From assembly GCA_964556565.1 (NCBI GenBank), contig CAZKWF010000002.1, forward strand, positions 107,499 to 163,511: DNA of 56,013 nt. The letters run 5' to 3'. Below, piece by piece: positions 46,617 through 56,013 of this stretch; position 1 is the first letter of the stretch, and each line of letters starts with the position of its first letter. Position numbers and translations under genes: made by a program. Under the pieces are notes generated by a model. It saw nothing but the letters and a program-made list of their open reading frames with translations, ran no database searches and had not been told where the DNA came from. The DNA comes from an uncultured Candidatus Bathyarchaeia archaeon. Lineage in GTDB: Archaea > Thermoproteota > Bathyarchaeia > Bathyarchaeales > Bathyarchaeaceae.

Positions 46617-47939
46617 CTAACGAATCTTAACATACTTGTACGCTTCAGTCATATTCTCAAAGCAAAAATGAACCTTCTGGAAATCTTTCCGAAACTCAAC
46701 GACATCCTTCTTCACTTTATTCACGTCTTCCTTGTCAATGACAACTCTTTTCATAAACTCCGCAATCTCAGCCATCTCACTTTCCTTCATTCCTAACCTC
46801 GTAACCTCACTAGTTCCTAAGCGAATGCCGCCAGGATGCATAAAATGACGCCCAGCTTTAATGTCCCAAGGAAGCAGATTTCGATTCAAAATGACATTAG
46901 CCTTCTCTAACTCACCCTCCAAGGTACCCCCGTCACCATACTTTGTAATATCAACTAGAACCACATGTGACTCGGTGAAGCCCTTGTGCTCTGCCAAAAC
47001 ATCAAAACCACGCTCGAACAAAGCCTGACCCAAAGCTTTCGAATTCTTAACAACCTGCCTAACATACTCCTTGCCAAATTCAAGCAGCTCAGCACAAGCT
47101 ATAGCAACTCCAGCTACAGCGTGAAGATGATGATTACTCGAAAGCCCAGGAAAAGTCGCCCGCTTAATCCTATCCGCATACCGATCCCAAGACAAAACAC
47201 CACCATGCTGAGGACCAAACAACGTCTTATGAGTACTCAACGTAACAACATCAGCCCCTTCCCTCAAAGGATCCTGAAAACACCCTCCACCAATCAAACC
47301 AGCCACATGAGCCGCATCATACGCCACTGTGGCTCCCACATCGCGAAACGTATCAGCCAACTCCCGCACAGGATGTGGAAACGGAAAAACACTGGCACCA
47401 AACATCACCAACTTAGGAGCCTTTCCCTTCTCCACAAGCTTCCTAACCCTCTCCTTCGTCCTATCAACATCAATATTCAACTCCTTATGATCTAAGGCAA
47501 GGTATTCCACCACCAAGTCGCAAACAGCCCCAGCAGTTCCCCCAAACTTCTTCTTCCCCGTGCTAATGTGGCCCCCACAAGGAATAGGTAAAGCCATCAT
47601 GACATCGCTTGGGTCTGTGAACGCCGTATAAAGCACCAAATTCGAAACAACACCCGATATCGGGCGGACATCAACAAATTCCGCCTTGAACAATTTCTTC
47701 ATCAGCTCAATACAAAGAAGCTCCACTCGATCAATATACACACATCCCGCGTACACGCGCTCTTCAGGCCAGCCTTCTGCATATCGATTTCCAAAATCGG
47801 TTACTAATGCCTCACGCACAGCTGGGCTTGGCACATTCTCACTTGCAATCAGCGGAACCGCCTCTCTGAACCATCTATGATGCTGCTGAAGGAGCCCAAA
47901 CGTTCTGTCATAATACTCACGAGCAGACGTCATAAACAC
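46617..47939 (-). CDS. glyA: Serine hydroxymethyltransferase
   Basis: PLIASEN, RYAEG, CGGHIS, DAAHVAGLI, LSTHKTLFGPQHG, GGIRLGT. Confidence 0.97.
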   Translation of the reverse strand: MFMTSAREYYDRTFGLLQQHHRWFREAVPLIASENVPSPAVREALVTDFGNRYAEGWPEERVYAGCVYIDRVELLCIELMKKLFKAEFVDVRPISGVVSNLVLYTAFTDPSDVMMALPIPCGGHISTGKKKFGGTAGAVCDLVVEYLALDHKELNIDVDRTKERVRKLVEKGKAPKLVMFGASVFPFPHPVRELADTFRDVGATVAYDAAHVAGLIGGGCFQDPLREGADVVTLSTHKTLFGPQHGGVLSWDRYADRIKRATFPGLSSNHHLHAVAGVAIACAELLEFGKEYVRQVVKNSKALGQALFERGFDVLAEHKGFTESHVVLVDITKYGDGGTLEGELEKANVILNRNLLPWDIKAGRHFMHPGGIRLGTSEVTRLGMKESEMAEIAEFMKRVVIDKEDVNKVKKDVVEFRKDFQKVHFCFENMTEAYKYVKIR

Positions 47940-48054
47940 ACCTCAACCTCATATCAACCTTAACAAAAATAAAACCTTTGGAATGGACATAACTTTAATT
48001 AAAGGGTAGCCATCCAGCTTATAACCAAAAGAACCAAGCCTGAGGCCGTCATTA

Positions 48055-48249
48055 ATGAGTAGCGGACGAAAGAAAAAACGCGAGAAAAAGGCACCTATGC
48101 CGATGCAAAGTGCTGGTTTGCTTCGATTCTTTGAAGAGGAAACTCGTGGCGTAAAAGTAAGACCCGAGATAATTATGATCTTAACAGTAGCATTGGTAGT
48201 GTTTGCTATCTTGCTGAAAATGGGTATTTTTCCAGGTCTTCCTCCCTAG
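48055..48249 (+). CDS. secG: Preprotein translocase subunit Sec61beta/SecG
   Basis: SAGLLRFFEEE..KVRPE followed by a single TM. Confidence 0.9.
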   Translation: MSSGRKKKREKKAPMPMQSAGLLRFFEEETRGVKVRPEIIMILTVALVVFAILLKMGIFPGLPP

Positions 48250-48293
48250 TGTTTGCAACGTTTCGCAGTCTGGAAAACGAGATAATACTGAAA

Positions 48294-48584
48294 CTATTTA
48301 CTTCTGTGCAAAACTTCGATACGTTGAACAGAGTTCAAATTGACAAAAATCTCGCTTCTTTTCTCTTTGCTCACAACCTGCGGCACTGGTTGCGCTATCG
48401 TGGACCGCAATGTTATCACGTCAGCGTCAGAAAGCCAAATTCCCGGCGGTTGTCGCGTAACTGCAACTAGCGTTCCTTCAAATCCATACGAAGCATCTAA
48501 AATCGCTGCTATTCGTCGACCTATGTTTCGTTCAAGCATGTGAAATATCGTTGGAGGTAGTCCAGTCTGAGACATTGCAACCAC
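48294..48584 (-). CDS. Divergent Sm/Lsm-like protein
   Basis: Helix, then Sm1-like IGRRIAAIL..GFEGTLV and Sm2-like SEIFVNLNSVQRIEVL. Confidence 0.6.
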   Translation of the reverse strand: MVAMSQTGLPPTIFHMLERNIGRRIAAILDASYGFEGTLVAVTRQPPGIWLSDADVITLRSTIAQPVPQVVSKEKRSEIFVNLNSVQRIEVLHRSK

Positions 48585-48677
48585 TATAATGTTGTGATAT
48601 TCAAGAATAAAACTTTATCCTACCTTCTAGGCTGTTAAACATCAAGGGCTTCTGTAAATGATGAAGAACTCATCAGG

Positions 48678-48923
48678 TCATATAAACATGCGTCTAATGT
48701 ATCCCGCATATATGTTGAAGGTGATTACTCCGTTTACTGAGCGTGTTCGAATTCCTGTCATTTCGCTAATCTGTCTAACTGTTAAAGGTTTTTGTGATCT
48801 ATGTAATGAACGAAAGATTTTTTCCGTGTAACCTTTATACGTCGGAGTGTCTTGTAAATAAAACTCGCCCTTGGTGCATCTCCTTTCTCCTTCCTTCGTT
48901 AAAGTATACTTATACCTTAACAT
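48678..48923 (-). CDS. Small winged-HTH hypothetical protein
   Basis: PLTVRQISEMTGIRTRSVNGVI HTH-like segment. Confidence 0.6.
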   Translation of the reverse strand: MLRYKYTLTKEGERRCTKGEFYLQDTPTYKGYTEKIFRSLHRSQKPLTVRQISEMTGIRTRSVNGVITFNIYAGYIRRMFI

Positions 48924-49069
48924 ATCTAGACCAGCTTGGGAGCCTGTCTACATAATAATCTAACCTGACTTTATTTAAAAGTTATGAAGAAAATCTCTAC
49001 TGAGTGTCGAGCACCTGAAATTTCAGCATTGAATACCTTCTAGGTTACCGTTTTGCAACCCCAATCTTT

Positions 49070-50941
49070 TTGAACTCATATTTTACAGTTTATGAACACG
49101 TTATAGGGATGCTCAACATGGTTTCTGACAGGTCACTGGATGGGTACATAGGTAAGGCGACTAAGCGCTACTCATCATTGTTTACACTTCCATCTCGAAG
49201 AAAGATTATTCTTTCACTATGTATATTATGCATATTCGGCAGCGTTCTAGTAATCTTGCCATTGTCTTTTTCCTACTATGGACTTACGCTAGGCTTGATG
49301 TTTGGCGCATCTTTCTTTTTCATTGTTGTATTATCTGATTTCACAATTACTCAGAGTTGTATGAAAACAGACCATATTTTTAATTTGAGACGTTGCTTGG
49401 GCCTCTCTTTTTCTTCCAGCCTACTATGGTTTGGATTGATTTTTCTCGGCGACATCGTCAGCGTTTTTTCTGGAAATTCAGATCTTTGGATCAAGTTTTT
49501 CCTTTTCGGTTATTGCGTAGCATTGATTCTTCGTTTGCTAGTCTTTTCTACAGCCTCAATTGCTGACCGTGGAAGAGCTATCCTTTCTTCTCTTCTGCAG
49601 CCCACATTATGTATTATCCCTATTCTTTTCATGAACTCGGTGATAAAATACGATTTGACTTCCCTTTTCATCTTCTTCTCGCTTTCCATTCCAATCGCTG
49701 TGCTGACGGTTTTTCTTTTCACTTTCCTTCTAAATCGCGTCGGCAAAAAAACCCTGGGGATACCTTCTCTTCCTCTCTTCAAGGCATTTCTAGTAAATTG
49801 GACAGAAGATATTAACGCGCCTCTTGAAAGATTCTTTGAGAGACTTGGCAATGAAAGAGACATAAGGTTTTCTTTACTAGCGTTCAAGAGTGATGAGAGA
49901 ATAAAAGCTGTGATTGTTGTTCCAGAGTGTCATCCGGGGCCGTTCAGAAATGTTGGCAGTAGCCTTCTCCCCTATATGATTCAAGGCGCGCTAGAAGATA
50001 AATTGCAGTGTGTAGCTTCAATACCTCACGGATTACTTGGGCACGATTTCGACCTTTCCTCTCAGCTTCAAAGTCGAAAAGTTGTAGAAGGCATTCTTTC
50101 TCACATGGATTTTTCTCACTTCAACCATGAGGTTACTCCTTTCATTCGAATTCGAAAAGGCGGAGCGAGTGCAAGTTGCCAAATATTTGGGGATTGTGCT
50201 TTTGTTACGTTAACCATGGCGCCTAAAACTATGGAAGATTTACCTCAAAGATTAGCGTCATCTATTGTTGGTGAGGCTGAGAACCGAGGGCTGGCTTCCA
50301 CAATAGTCGTTGATGCCCATAACAGCATAAATGGGCCCTTTGAACTTGACGAAGCAATACGATCTCTTAGAAAAGTTGCAGTGACGAGTCTTGAGGAAGC
50401 GCTTTCAGCTAAACGATCTTCATTTGAAGTAGGAGCTGCAAAGGGGGTTCCTAAAGAGTTCAGCGTTAAGGAAGGTATGGGGCCCGGGGGAATAAGCGTG
50501 ATCGTAACGAAGGTGGGTGACCAGAAAACCGCATATGTGACCATTGACGGAAACAACATGATGTCTGGGCTACGAGAGAAGATTCTTGCAATGCTTCAGG
50601 AAATCGGCATCGTTGATGGAGAAATTCTCACTACCGACACGCATGTCGTGACTGGTGTTGTGCCAACCGCCCGTGGCTATTACCCTATTGGCCAAGCGAT
50701 AGATCATACAAAGCTAATCAGTTACATTAGGGAGGTTGCGGCAAAAGCATTAGATGATTTGACGCCAGCAGAAGTGTCGAGGCTCACAGGCACGGTTCCA
50801 AACGTCAAGGTTATTGGAGAAAGACCCATAGCAGACTTATGTCTCCTTGTCGACGAATCGATGAAACAAGCCAAAAGACTGGCGGTTTCTCTCTTTTCGG
50901 CAGCTGCTATTCTTTTGATTGGGCTGCTTGTGCTTCTTTAA
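49070..50941 (+). CDS. DUF2070-family membrane protein
   Basis: Multi-TM N-half; HPGPFRNVGSS, HDFD, VDAHNS, DGNNM, TTDTH. Start may be 49118. Confidence 0.85.
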   Translation: MNSYFTVYEHVIGMLNMVSDRSLDGYIGKATKRYSSLFTLPSRRKIILSLCILCIFGSVLVILPLSFSYYGLTLGLMFGASFFFIVVLSDFTITQSCMKTDHIFNLRRCLGLSFSSSLLWFGLIFLGDIVSVFSGNSDLWIKFFLFGYCVALILRLLVFSTASIADRGRAILSSLLQPTLCIIPILFMNSVIKYDLTSLFIFFSLSIPIAVLTVFLFTFLLNRVGKKTLGIPSLPLFKAFLVNWTEDINAPLERFFERLGNERDIRFSLLAFKSDERIKAVIVVPECHPGPFRNVGSSLLPYMIQGALEDKLQCVASIPHGLLGHDFDLSSQLQSRKVVEGILSHMDFSHFNHEVTPFIRIRKGGASASCQIFGDCAFVTLTMAPKTMEDLPQRLASSIVGEAENRGLASTIVVDAHNSINGPFELDEAIRSLRKVAVTSLEEALSAKRSSFEVGAAKGVPKEFSVKEGMGPGGISVIVTKVGDQKTAYVTIDGNNMMSGLREKILAMLQEIGIVDGEILTTDTHVVTGVVPTARGYYPIGQAIDHTKLISYIREVAAKALDDLTPAEVSRLTGTVPNVKVIGERPIADLCLLVDESMKQAKRLAVSLFSAAAILLIGLLVLL

Positions 50942-51065
50942 CTCATTAGTTTTCAAATCGGAGGCTAACACTAATATTGCTGGGCTCATATTTTCATTTC
51001 TACAACCGAAGGAAAACACGGTCTTAAAAAGGCTCATGGGTGAAGCGTGACAAGGTGATCATTAT

Positions 51066-51314
51066 ATGATTGCTCTGAAAACTTTACCAAAGGAAGAAAA
51101 AAGACGAAAAGGAATGATCGTAATTAATGAGGAGTTATGTAAAGGGTGCACACTCTGTGTAAACGTCTGCCCTTTCCATCTTATTCAAATCGCGGATCAC
51201 ATCAGCTCTAAAGGCTACTATCCCGCAAAATTCGTTGATTTAGAAGGGAAGTGTACGGGATGTACTTTGTGTGCTATAATGTGCCCTGACGTTGCAATAG
51301 AAGTTTATCGGTAG
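51066..51314 (+). CDS. 2-oxoacid:ferredoxin oxidoreductase delta subunit (2x[4Fe-4S])
   Basis: CKGCTLCVNVCP and CTGCTLCAIMCP. Confidence 0.93.
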   Translation: MIALKTLPKEEKRRKGMIVINEELCKGCTLCVNVCPFHLIQIADHISSKGYYPAKFVDLEGKCTGCTLCAIMCPDVAIEVYR

Positions 51315-51334
51315 AAGAAGATGGAGGAAGGGAT

Positions 51335-52396
51335 ATGGGCAAGAAAACACTAATGACGGGAAACGAAGCCATAGCCGAAGCTGCGGTTCAAGCAGGGTGC
51401 AGACATTTTTTTGGCTATCCAATAACTCCGCAAAGCGAAATTCCTGAATACCTGTCGAAGCGGTTTCCTGAAGTTGGAGGCTGCTTCCTTCAAGCAGAAA
51501 GCGAAATAGCATCAATCTACATGGTTTTTGGGGCAGCGGGAGCTGGTGCAAGGGTGATGACCTCGTCTTCAAGCCCGGGGATCAGTCTAATGCAAGAAGG
51601 CATCTCCTATATTGCAGCTGCAGAGCTTCCATGCGTGATTGTTAACGTGATGCGAGGAGGTCCAGGATTAGGGGGGATTCAACCATCTCAGTCAGATTAT
51701 CTTCAAGCAACTAAGGGAGGAGGGCATGGGGATTACCATGTACTTGTGCTTGCACCGTCTACGGTTCAAGAGGCTGCTGACCTAATGATGGAAGCTTTTG
51801 ATTTAGCGGACAAATACCGTAATCCAGTGATGATTTTGGGTGATGGTTTCTTGGGGCAGATGATCGAGCCGGTAGAGTTTAAGCGTAGGCCTTCTACTGA
51901 TCGCCCAGTTAGGGATTGGATCATTACAGGCGCAAAAGGGCGAGCTCAAAACGTGGTGAAAAGCCTTTATCTTAAACCCGATGTTCTGGAACAACATAAC
52001 CTGAAGCTTCATCGTAAATATCAAAAGATGATCAAAAATGAAAAGCGTGTCGAGACCTATCTAACAGAGGATGCACAAGTCGTCATCGTAGCCTTCGGGA
52101 TGGCTGCAAGAATAGCGAAGACAGCTATCAAAATTCTGCGTGAAAAAAATATCAAGGCGGGGTTAGTGAGACCAATCTCGCTTTTTCCCTTTCCTTATCA
52201 AACTCTTGAAAAAGTAGCTGAGAAAGTGGATAAGCTGCTGGTTGTTGAAATGAATTTAGGACAGATGATTGAGGATGTTAAACTCGGAGTTTGTGGGAAA
52301 GCAGAAGTTCATTTCTATGGTAGAGTCGGAGGTATGGTCCCAAGTTACGATGAAATCGTAGCTGAGGTAGAGAAAATCGTAAAGAAGAGGCGGTGA
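51335..52396 (+). CDS. 2-oxoacid:ferredoxin oxidoreductase alpha subunit (Vor-like)
   Basis: GYPITPQSEI, QAESEIA, TSSSSPG, MRGGPGLG. Confidence 0.93.
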   Translation: MGKKTLMTGNEAIAEAAVQAGCRHFFGYPITPQSEIPEYLSKRFPEVGGCFLQAESEIASIYMVFGAAGAGARVMTSSSSPGISLMQEGISYIAAAELPCVIVNVMRGGPGLGGIQPSQSDYLQATKGGGHGDYHVLVLAPSTVQEAADLMMEAFDLADKYRNPVMILGDGFLGQMIEPVEFKRRPSTDRPVRDWIITGAKGRAQNVVKSLYLKPDVLEQHNLKLHRKYQKMIKNEKRVETYLTEDAQVVIVAFGMAARIAKTAIKILREKNIKAGLVRPISLFPFPYQTLEKVAEKVDKLLVVEMNLGQMIEDVKLGVCGKAEVHFYGRVGGMVPSYDEIVAEVEKIVKKRR

Positions 52397-52402
52397 TCTG
52401 AG

Positions 52403-53149
52403 ATGAAAAAGGTTTTTGAACGCCCCAAATCTATGTACCCGGTATCAACTCACTATTGCCCCGGATGTGGCCATGGAATAGTCCATCGTTTAATAGCTGA
52501 AACAATTGATGAGCTAGGGATTTTGGAAAAAACAGTTGGAGTGGCACCAGTGGGCTGTTCTGTTCTTCTATACAATTATATTAATTGCGATATGTACGAA
52601 GCAGCCCACGGGAGGGCACCAGCGATTGCAACGGGTTGTAAACGAGTGAATCCTGAACTTGTTGTTTTCACCTATCAGGGAGACGGAGACCTAGCCTCCA
52701 TCGGAACAGCCGAAATTATTCACACGGCTGCTCGAGGGGAGAAGATCACGACAATTTTCATCAACAACGCTATCTACGGGATGACCGGCGGACAAATGGC
52801 CCCAACAACTCTTATTGGTCAGAAGACAACGACTTCACCCTTTGGACGAACTTCGGAAGAAGCAGGCTACCCGTTGAGAGTGTCGGAGATTCTTGCAACT
52901 CTTGATGGGGCAGCTTATATCGCACGAGTAGCGGTAAACGATCCCAAAAATGTCATACGGGCAAAGAAAGCGATAAAGAAGGCGTTTGAAACTCAGATGA
53001 AAGGTTTGGGCTTTTCCTTGGTAGAAGTTTTATCTCAATGTCCAACGCCTTGGAGAATGTCTCCTCGCGAAGCGGTAAAGTGGGTGGAGGAAGAGATGAT
53101 GCCTTGCTATCCACTTGGCGAATTCAAGTCTCCTAAAGAGGAGGGATGA
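52403..53149 (+). CDS. 2-oxoacid:ferredoxin oxidoreductase beta subunit (TPP-binding)
   Basis: [40 protein letters not shown]. Confidence 0.93.
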   Translation: MKKVFERPKSMYPVSTHYCPGCGHGIVHRLIAETIDELGILEKTVGVAPVGCSVLLYNYINCDMYEAAHGRAPAIATGCKRVNPELVVFTYQGDGDLASIGTAEIIHTAARGEKITTIFINNAIYGMTGGQMAPTTLIGQKTTTSPFGRTSEEAGYPLRVSEILATLDGAAYIARVAVNDPKNVIRAKKAIKKAFETQMKGLGFSLVEVLSQCPTPWRMSPREAVKWVEEEMMPCYPLGEFKSPKEEG

Positions 53150-53156
53150 GAAGAGA

Positions 53157-53708
53157 ATGAAAGAACCTTTCTATGAAGATATTATACTGGCAGGTTTTGG
53201 TGGACAAGGAATAATGTTTATTGGAAAACTGCTGATACATGGTTCAATGAAAGAAGGGAAAAACGTGACATGGATTCCTTCTTATGGTCCTGCAATGCGA
53301 GGAGGAACAGCTAACTGCACGGTAGTCATTTCAGACGAAGCAATTGGATCACCCGTTATCACGTCTCCTCATTCTTTAATCGTGATGAATAACCCATCAT
53401 TAGATGCTTTTGAACCTCGGCTAAAAGAAGGCGGCGTGCTAGTAATGAATAGTTCCTTGATCACCCGCAAAGTCAAGAGAAAAAACATCATTGTGATTGG
53501 AGTGCCCGCAAATGAGATTGCTTCTGAAATCGGTGACAAAAGAACTGCTAACATGGTGATGTTAGGAGCATACATTGCACACACAAAGACCGTGTCTAAA
53601 GAAAAGATTCTTGAAGGATTGACAGATCTTTTAGGAGAGAAAAAAAGGCAACTGTTTGAAGTAAATAAGAAAGCCTTCGAAAAAGGAATGGAGTTTGGAA
53701 AGGTTTAG
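53157..53708 (+). CDS. 2-oxoacid:ferredoxin oxidoreductase gamma subunit
   Basis: AGFGGQG, PSYGPAMRGG, ANMVMLGA. Start at ATG 53157. Confidence 0.93.
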   Translation: MKEPFYEDIILAGFGGQGIMFIGKLLIHGSMKEGKNVTWIPSYGPAMRGGTANCTVVISDEAIGSPVITSPHSLIVMNNPSLDAFEPRLKEGGVLVMNSSLITRKVKRKNIIVIGVPANEIASEIGDKRTANMVMLGAYIAHTKTVSKEKILEGLTDLLGEKKRQLFEVNKKAFEKGMEFGKV

Positions 53709-53720
53709 CTCGTTGAAAAA

Positions 53721-54932
53721 CTAAATTAAACCGAGCTTTTTGCCACCTTCCTCAAATACCTCAACGGCTTTGCTCAATTGTTCTTTTGTGTGCTTGGTGC
53801 ATAACTGAGCTCGGATTCTTGCTTTGTCACGGGCCACCATCGGATATACAATCGGTAGCGCGAAGAAACCCTTCTTCCAAATGAAATCTGCGAGATCCTT
53901 CGCCCTCTTGCTATCACCACACATCACTGGCACGATTGGTGTTTCGCTGTTCCCTGTGTCAAAGCCTAGGTCTTGCATTGCCTTTATGAAGTAGTTGCGA
54001 TTTTCCCAAACTTTCTTGACGTGTTGTGGCTCCGATTCGAGGACGCTGATTGCTGCACTGCATGCAGTGGCTACTCCTGGGGGTACGCCTCCGCTGAGTA
54101 ACCATGTTCTCGACTTGTTGTAAGCAAAGTTTCGCAGGTCTTCACAACCTGTAATGTGCCCACCGACAACCCCAAAGGCTTTTGAAAACGTTCCCATTTC
54201 AACATGCACTTGCTTGTGGTCAAGGTGGAAATGATTGACAATACCACGACCGCCGTCTCCAAGTACACCTTCTCCGTGTGCATCATCTACGTATACACCT
54301 GCACCATGCTCTTCGCCAATTTTTGCGATTTCAGGTAGTGGAGCAAGGTCGCCGTCCATGCTGAAGACACCATCAGTGAAGATCCAGATGTGCTTGTAGG
54401 GTGGTTTGTGCTTTTCCGCTTCATCCATAACTCGTACTAGGTCTTCAACATCCTTGTGTTTGAAGATAGCGCGATCCGCGTGGGTCAGTCTTACACCGTC
54501 GATGATGGAGCCGTGGTTCAACTCGTCTGACACGAAAAGGTCACCTCTGCCACCAAGTTGAGGGATGAGTCCCTCATTTGCCATGAAGCCTGTTTGATAA
54601 GTCAGCGACGCGGGTGCGCGTTTAAATTTGGCAAGATGCTGGTCCAGCTCTTCATGGGCTGTCATGTTTCCAGCGATCGATCGATCACTACCAGCCCCTG
54701 CACCATACTTTTCGGTTGTCTCAAGCATTGCTTTAACGACTTTGGGATGAGTAGACAAGTTGAGATAGTTATTGGCGCAGAGCATGATGACTTCTCTGCC
54801 GTCGACGGTACAGACAGGTTCGCTGGGGGTCTGAAGTTCTTTAAGTTCCCAGTTCAGGCTTTCACGGACTAAGCGTTGATATTCTTCGCCCAAATATCTT
54901 GTTGGATGTCGCTTTACTGACACTTGAATCAC
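53721..54932 (-). CDS. kbl: Glycine C-acetyltransferase (2-amino-3-ketobutyrate CoA ligase)
   Basis: ANNYLNL, DELNHGSIIDG, TDGVFSMDG, DDAHG, TFSKAFG. Directly downstream of tdh. Confidence 0.88.
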   Translation of the reverse strand: MIQVSVKRHPTRYLGEEYQRLVRESLNWELKELQTPSEPVCTVDGREVIMLCANNYLNLSTHPKVVKAMLETTEKYGAGAGSDRSIAGNMTAHEELDQHLAKFKRAPASLTYQTGFMANEGLIPQLGGRGDLFVSDELNHGSIIDGVRLTHADRAIFKHKDVEDLVRVMDEAEKHKPPYKHIWIFTDGVFSMDGDLAPLPEIAKIGEEHGAGVYVDDAHGEGVLGDGGRGIVNHFHLDHKQVHVEMGTFSKAFGVVGGHITGCEDLRNFAYNKSRTWLLSGGVPPGVATACSAAISVLESEPQHVKKVWENRNYFIKAMQDLGFDTGNSETPIVPVMCGDSKRAKDLADFIWKKGFFALPIVYPMVARDKARIRAQLCTKHTKEQLSKAVEVFEEGGKKLGLI

Positions 54933-54992
54933 CTTTTAATGAACAGTTTAAACCTCTCTTTCTAATTTAACGAACATTCTCTTAACATTTAC

Positions 54993-56013
54993 CTATTCCC
55001 ACCTAGGCTCAAGAACAACCTTTCCAGCTTTTTTGGAATGAATTGCTTCCATGCCTTTAGCTACGTCCTTAATTGGAATACGATGCGTAATAATTGACGC
55101 AATCTTATTTCTAAACGTTGGGTCAGAGAGCAACCCCCTCACTTGATACCACGTTTGAAACATCCTTCGTCCAGAGATGCCGTAAACAGTTGCCGCCTTA
55201 AAAACCACCGCGTTATTCAAATCGAGTTCCACGGGGTTATCAAACAAACCAAAGAGAGAAACCCTTCCACCCGGAGTAAGTATTTCAAAAGCCTGTTTCA
55301 CAGCTGATGGAGCCCCCGACATCTCTAACACAACATCCACACCATTACCATCCGTCGCATCCCGTATTATCTTCACAATGTTTTCGCCCTCTTCTCTAGC
55401 GTCGAGAACCATATCCGCCCCCAACTTCTTTGCTAATTCCATGCGCACCACGCTCCGACCACCACCAGTTGCAAAAATTTTCCCAGCTCCTAACGTGCCA
55501 AGGACTGCTATGGCCATCAAACCTATTGGACCACAACCCAAAACTGCCACGTTTTTTCCTGCAACGTCTTCAATATGATCTTTCGGTAGGACTGTTTGAA
55601 CTGCATTTCCTAGTGGTTCTTGGATAGAGGCGATGGCTGGGTCTAAATCGGGGGGGTTCTTCCAAGCGTTTCTTTCAGGTAGTGCAGCGTATTCGGCGAA
55701 AACTCCGTCGGTGTCTACCCCTAAGATTTTTAGGTGTTGGCAGATATGCATGCGGTCGGTTCTGCATTGATAGCATGTGCCGTCTGCTATGTGGGTTTCT
55801 GCTGACACCATGTCTCCTACTTGCACGCTGGTTACGTCTTTGCCAACTTGGGTTACTTCGCCTGTGAATTCGTGGCCGATTATGAGTGGGATTTTTCTTA
55901 TGCGGTTTTGCGACCATTCGTTCCAGTCCCATATGTGTACGTCTGTTCCGCATATGGCGGCCATCTTGGTTTGAACGAGGACCTCTTTGTTGCTGATTTT
56001 AGGGGTGTTTACG
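54993..56013 (-). CDS. tdh: L-threonine 3-dehydrogenase (5' end beyond window)
   Basis: ICGTDVHIWDW, GHEFTG, EPLGNAV, GCGPIG, GISGRRMFQTW. The frame stays open to the window edge. Confidence 0.92.
   Translation of the reverse strand, partial: VNTPKISNKEVLVQTKMAAICGTDVHIWDWNEWSQNRIRKIPLIIGHEFTGEVTQVGKDVTSVQVGDMVSAETHIADGTCYQCRTDRMHICQHLKILGVDTDGVFAEYAALPERNAWKNPPDLDPAIASIQEPLGNAVQTVLPKDHIEDVAGKNVAVLGCGPIGLMAIAVLGTLGAGKIFATGGGRSVVRMELAKKLGADMVLDAREEGENIVKIIRDATDGNGVDVVLEMSGAPSAVKQAFEILTPGGRVSLFGLFDNPVELDLNNAVVFKAATVYGISGRRMFQTWYQVRGLLSDPTFRNKIASIITHRIPIKDVAKGMEAIHSKKAGKVVLEPRWE

Noticed and set aside
46986-47495. 169-aa antisense ORF over glyA, and similar shadow ORFs throughout the track
   Set aside because: Fully overlaps confidently assigned genes, with biased composition.

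Overview
Archaeal chromosomal window, most consistent with Bathyarchaeia or a related TACK lineage. This is inferred from PolD occurring with Elf1 and Nob1 and from a tRNA with a non-canonical intron. It contains the probable replication origin: cdc6, inverted ORB boxes flanking an AT-rich spacer at about 26.65-26.92 kb, and both PolD subunits nearby. Other content: the conserved srp54-pus10-rpl21e-rpoF-DUF655-rsmA-hemK cluster, NAD/cofactor genes, two ABC-2 exporters, a NikR locus, and an amino-acid catabolism block (glyA, 2-oxoacid:ferredoxin oxidoreductase, kbl, tdh). No CRISPR array, integrase or transposase was seen. Best leads: (1) an origin-adjacent cassette of a wHTH gene, an orphan nurA-herA pair, a membrane-anchored coiled-coil wHTH gene and another HTH gene, carrying repeated TGTGAYGTGTGAYATCACA boxes, a candidate origin-tethering or segregation system; (2) two loci encoding acidic/basic micropeptide pairs; (3) a tRNA-Ser(CGA) with an acceptor-stem insertion lacking a canonical BHB, plus a 32/33 intron; (4) likely non-AUG (ACG/CTG) starts in up to three genes; (5) a zinc-ribbon insertion in PEP synthase, a minimal PNGase-like protein, a 47-aa ORF coupled to PolD DP1, and a structured intergenic element. 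All family assignments come from motif reading, not database searches.
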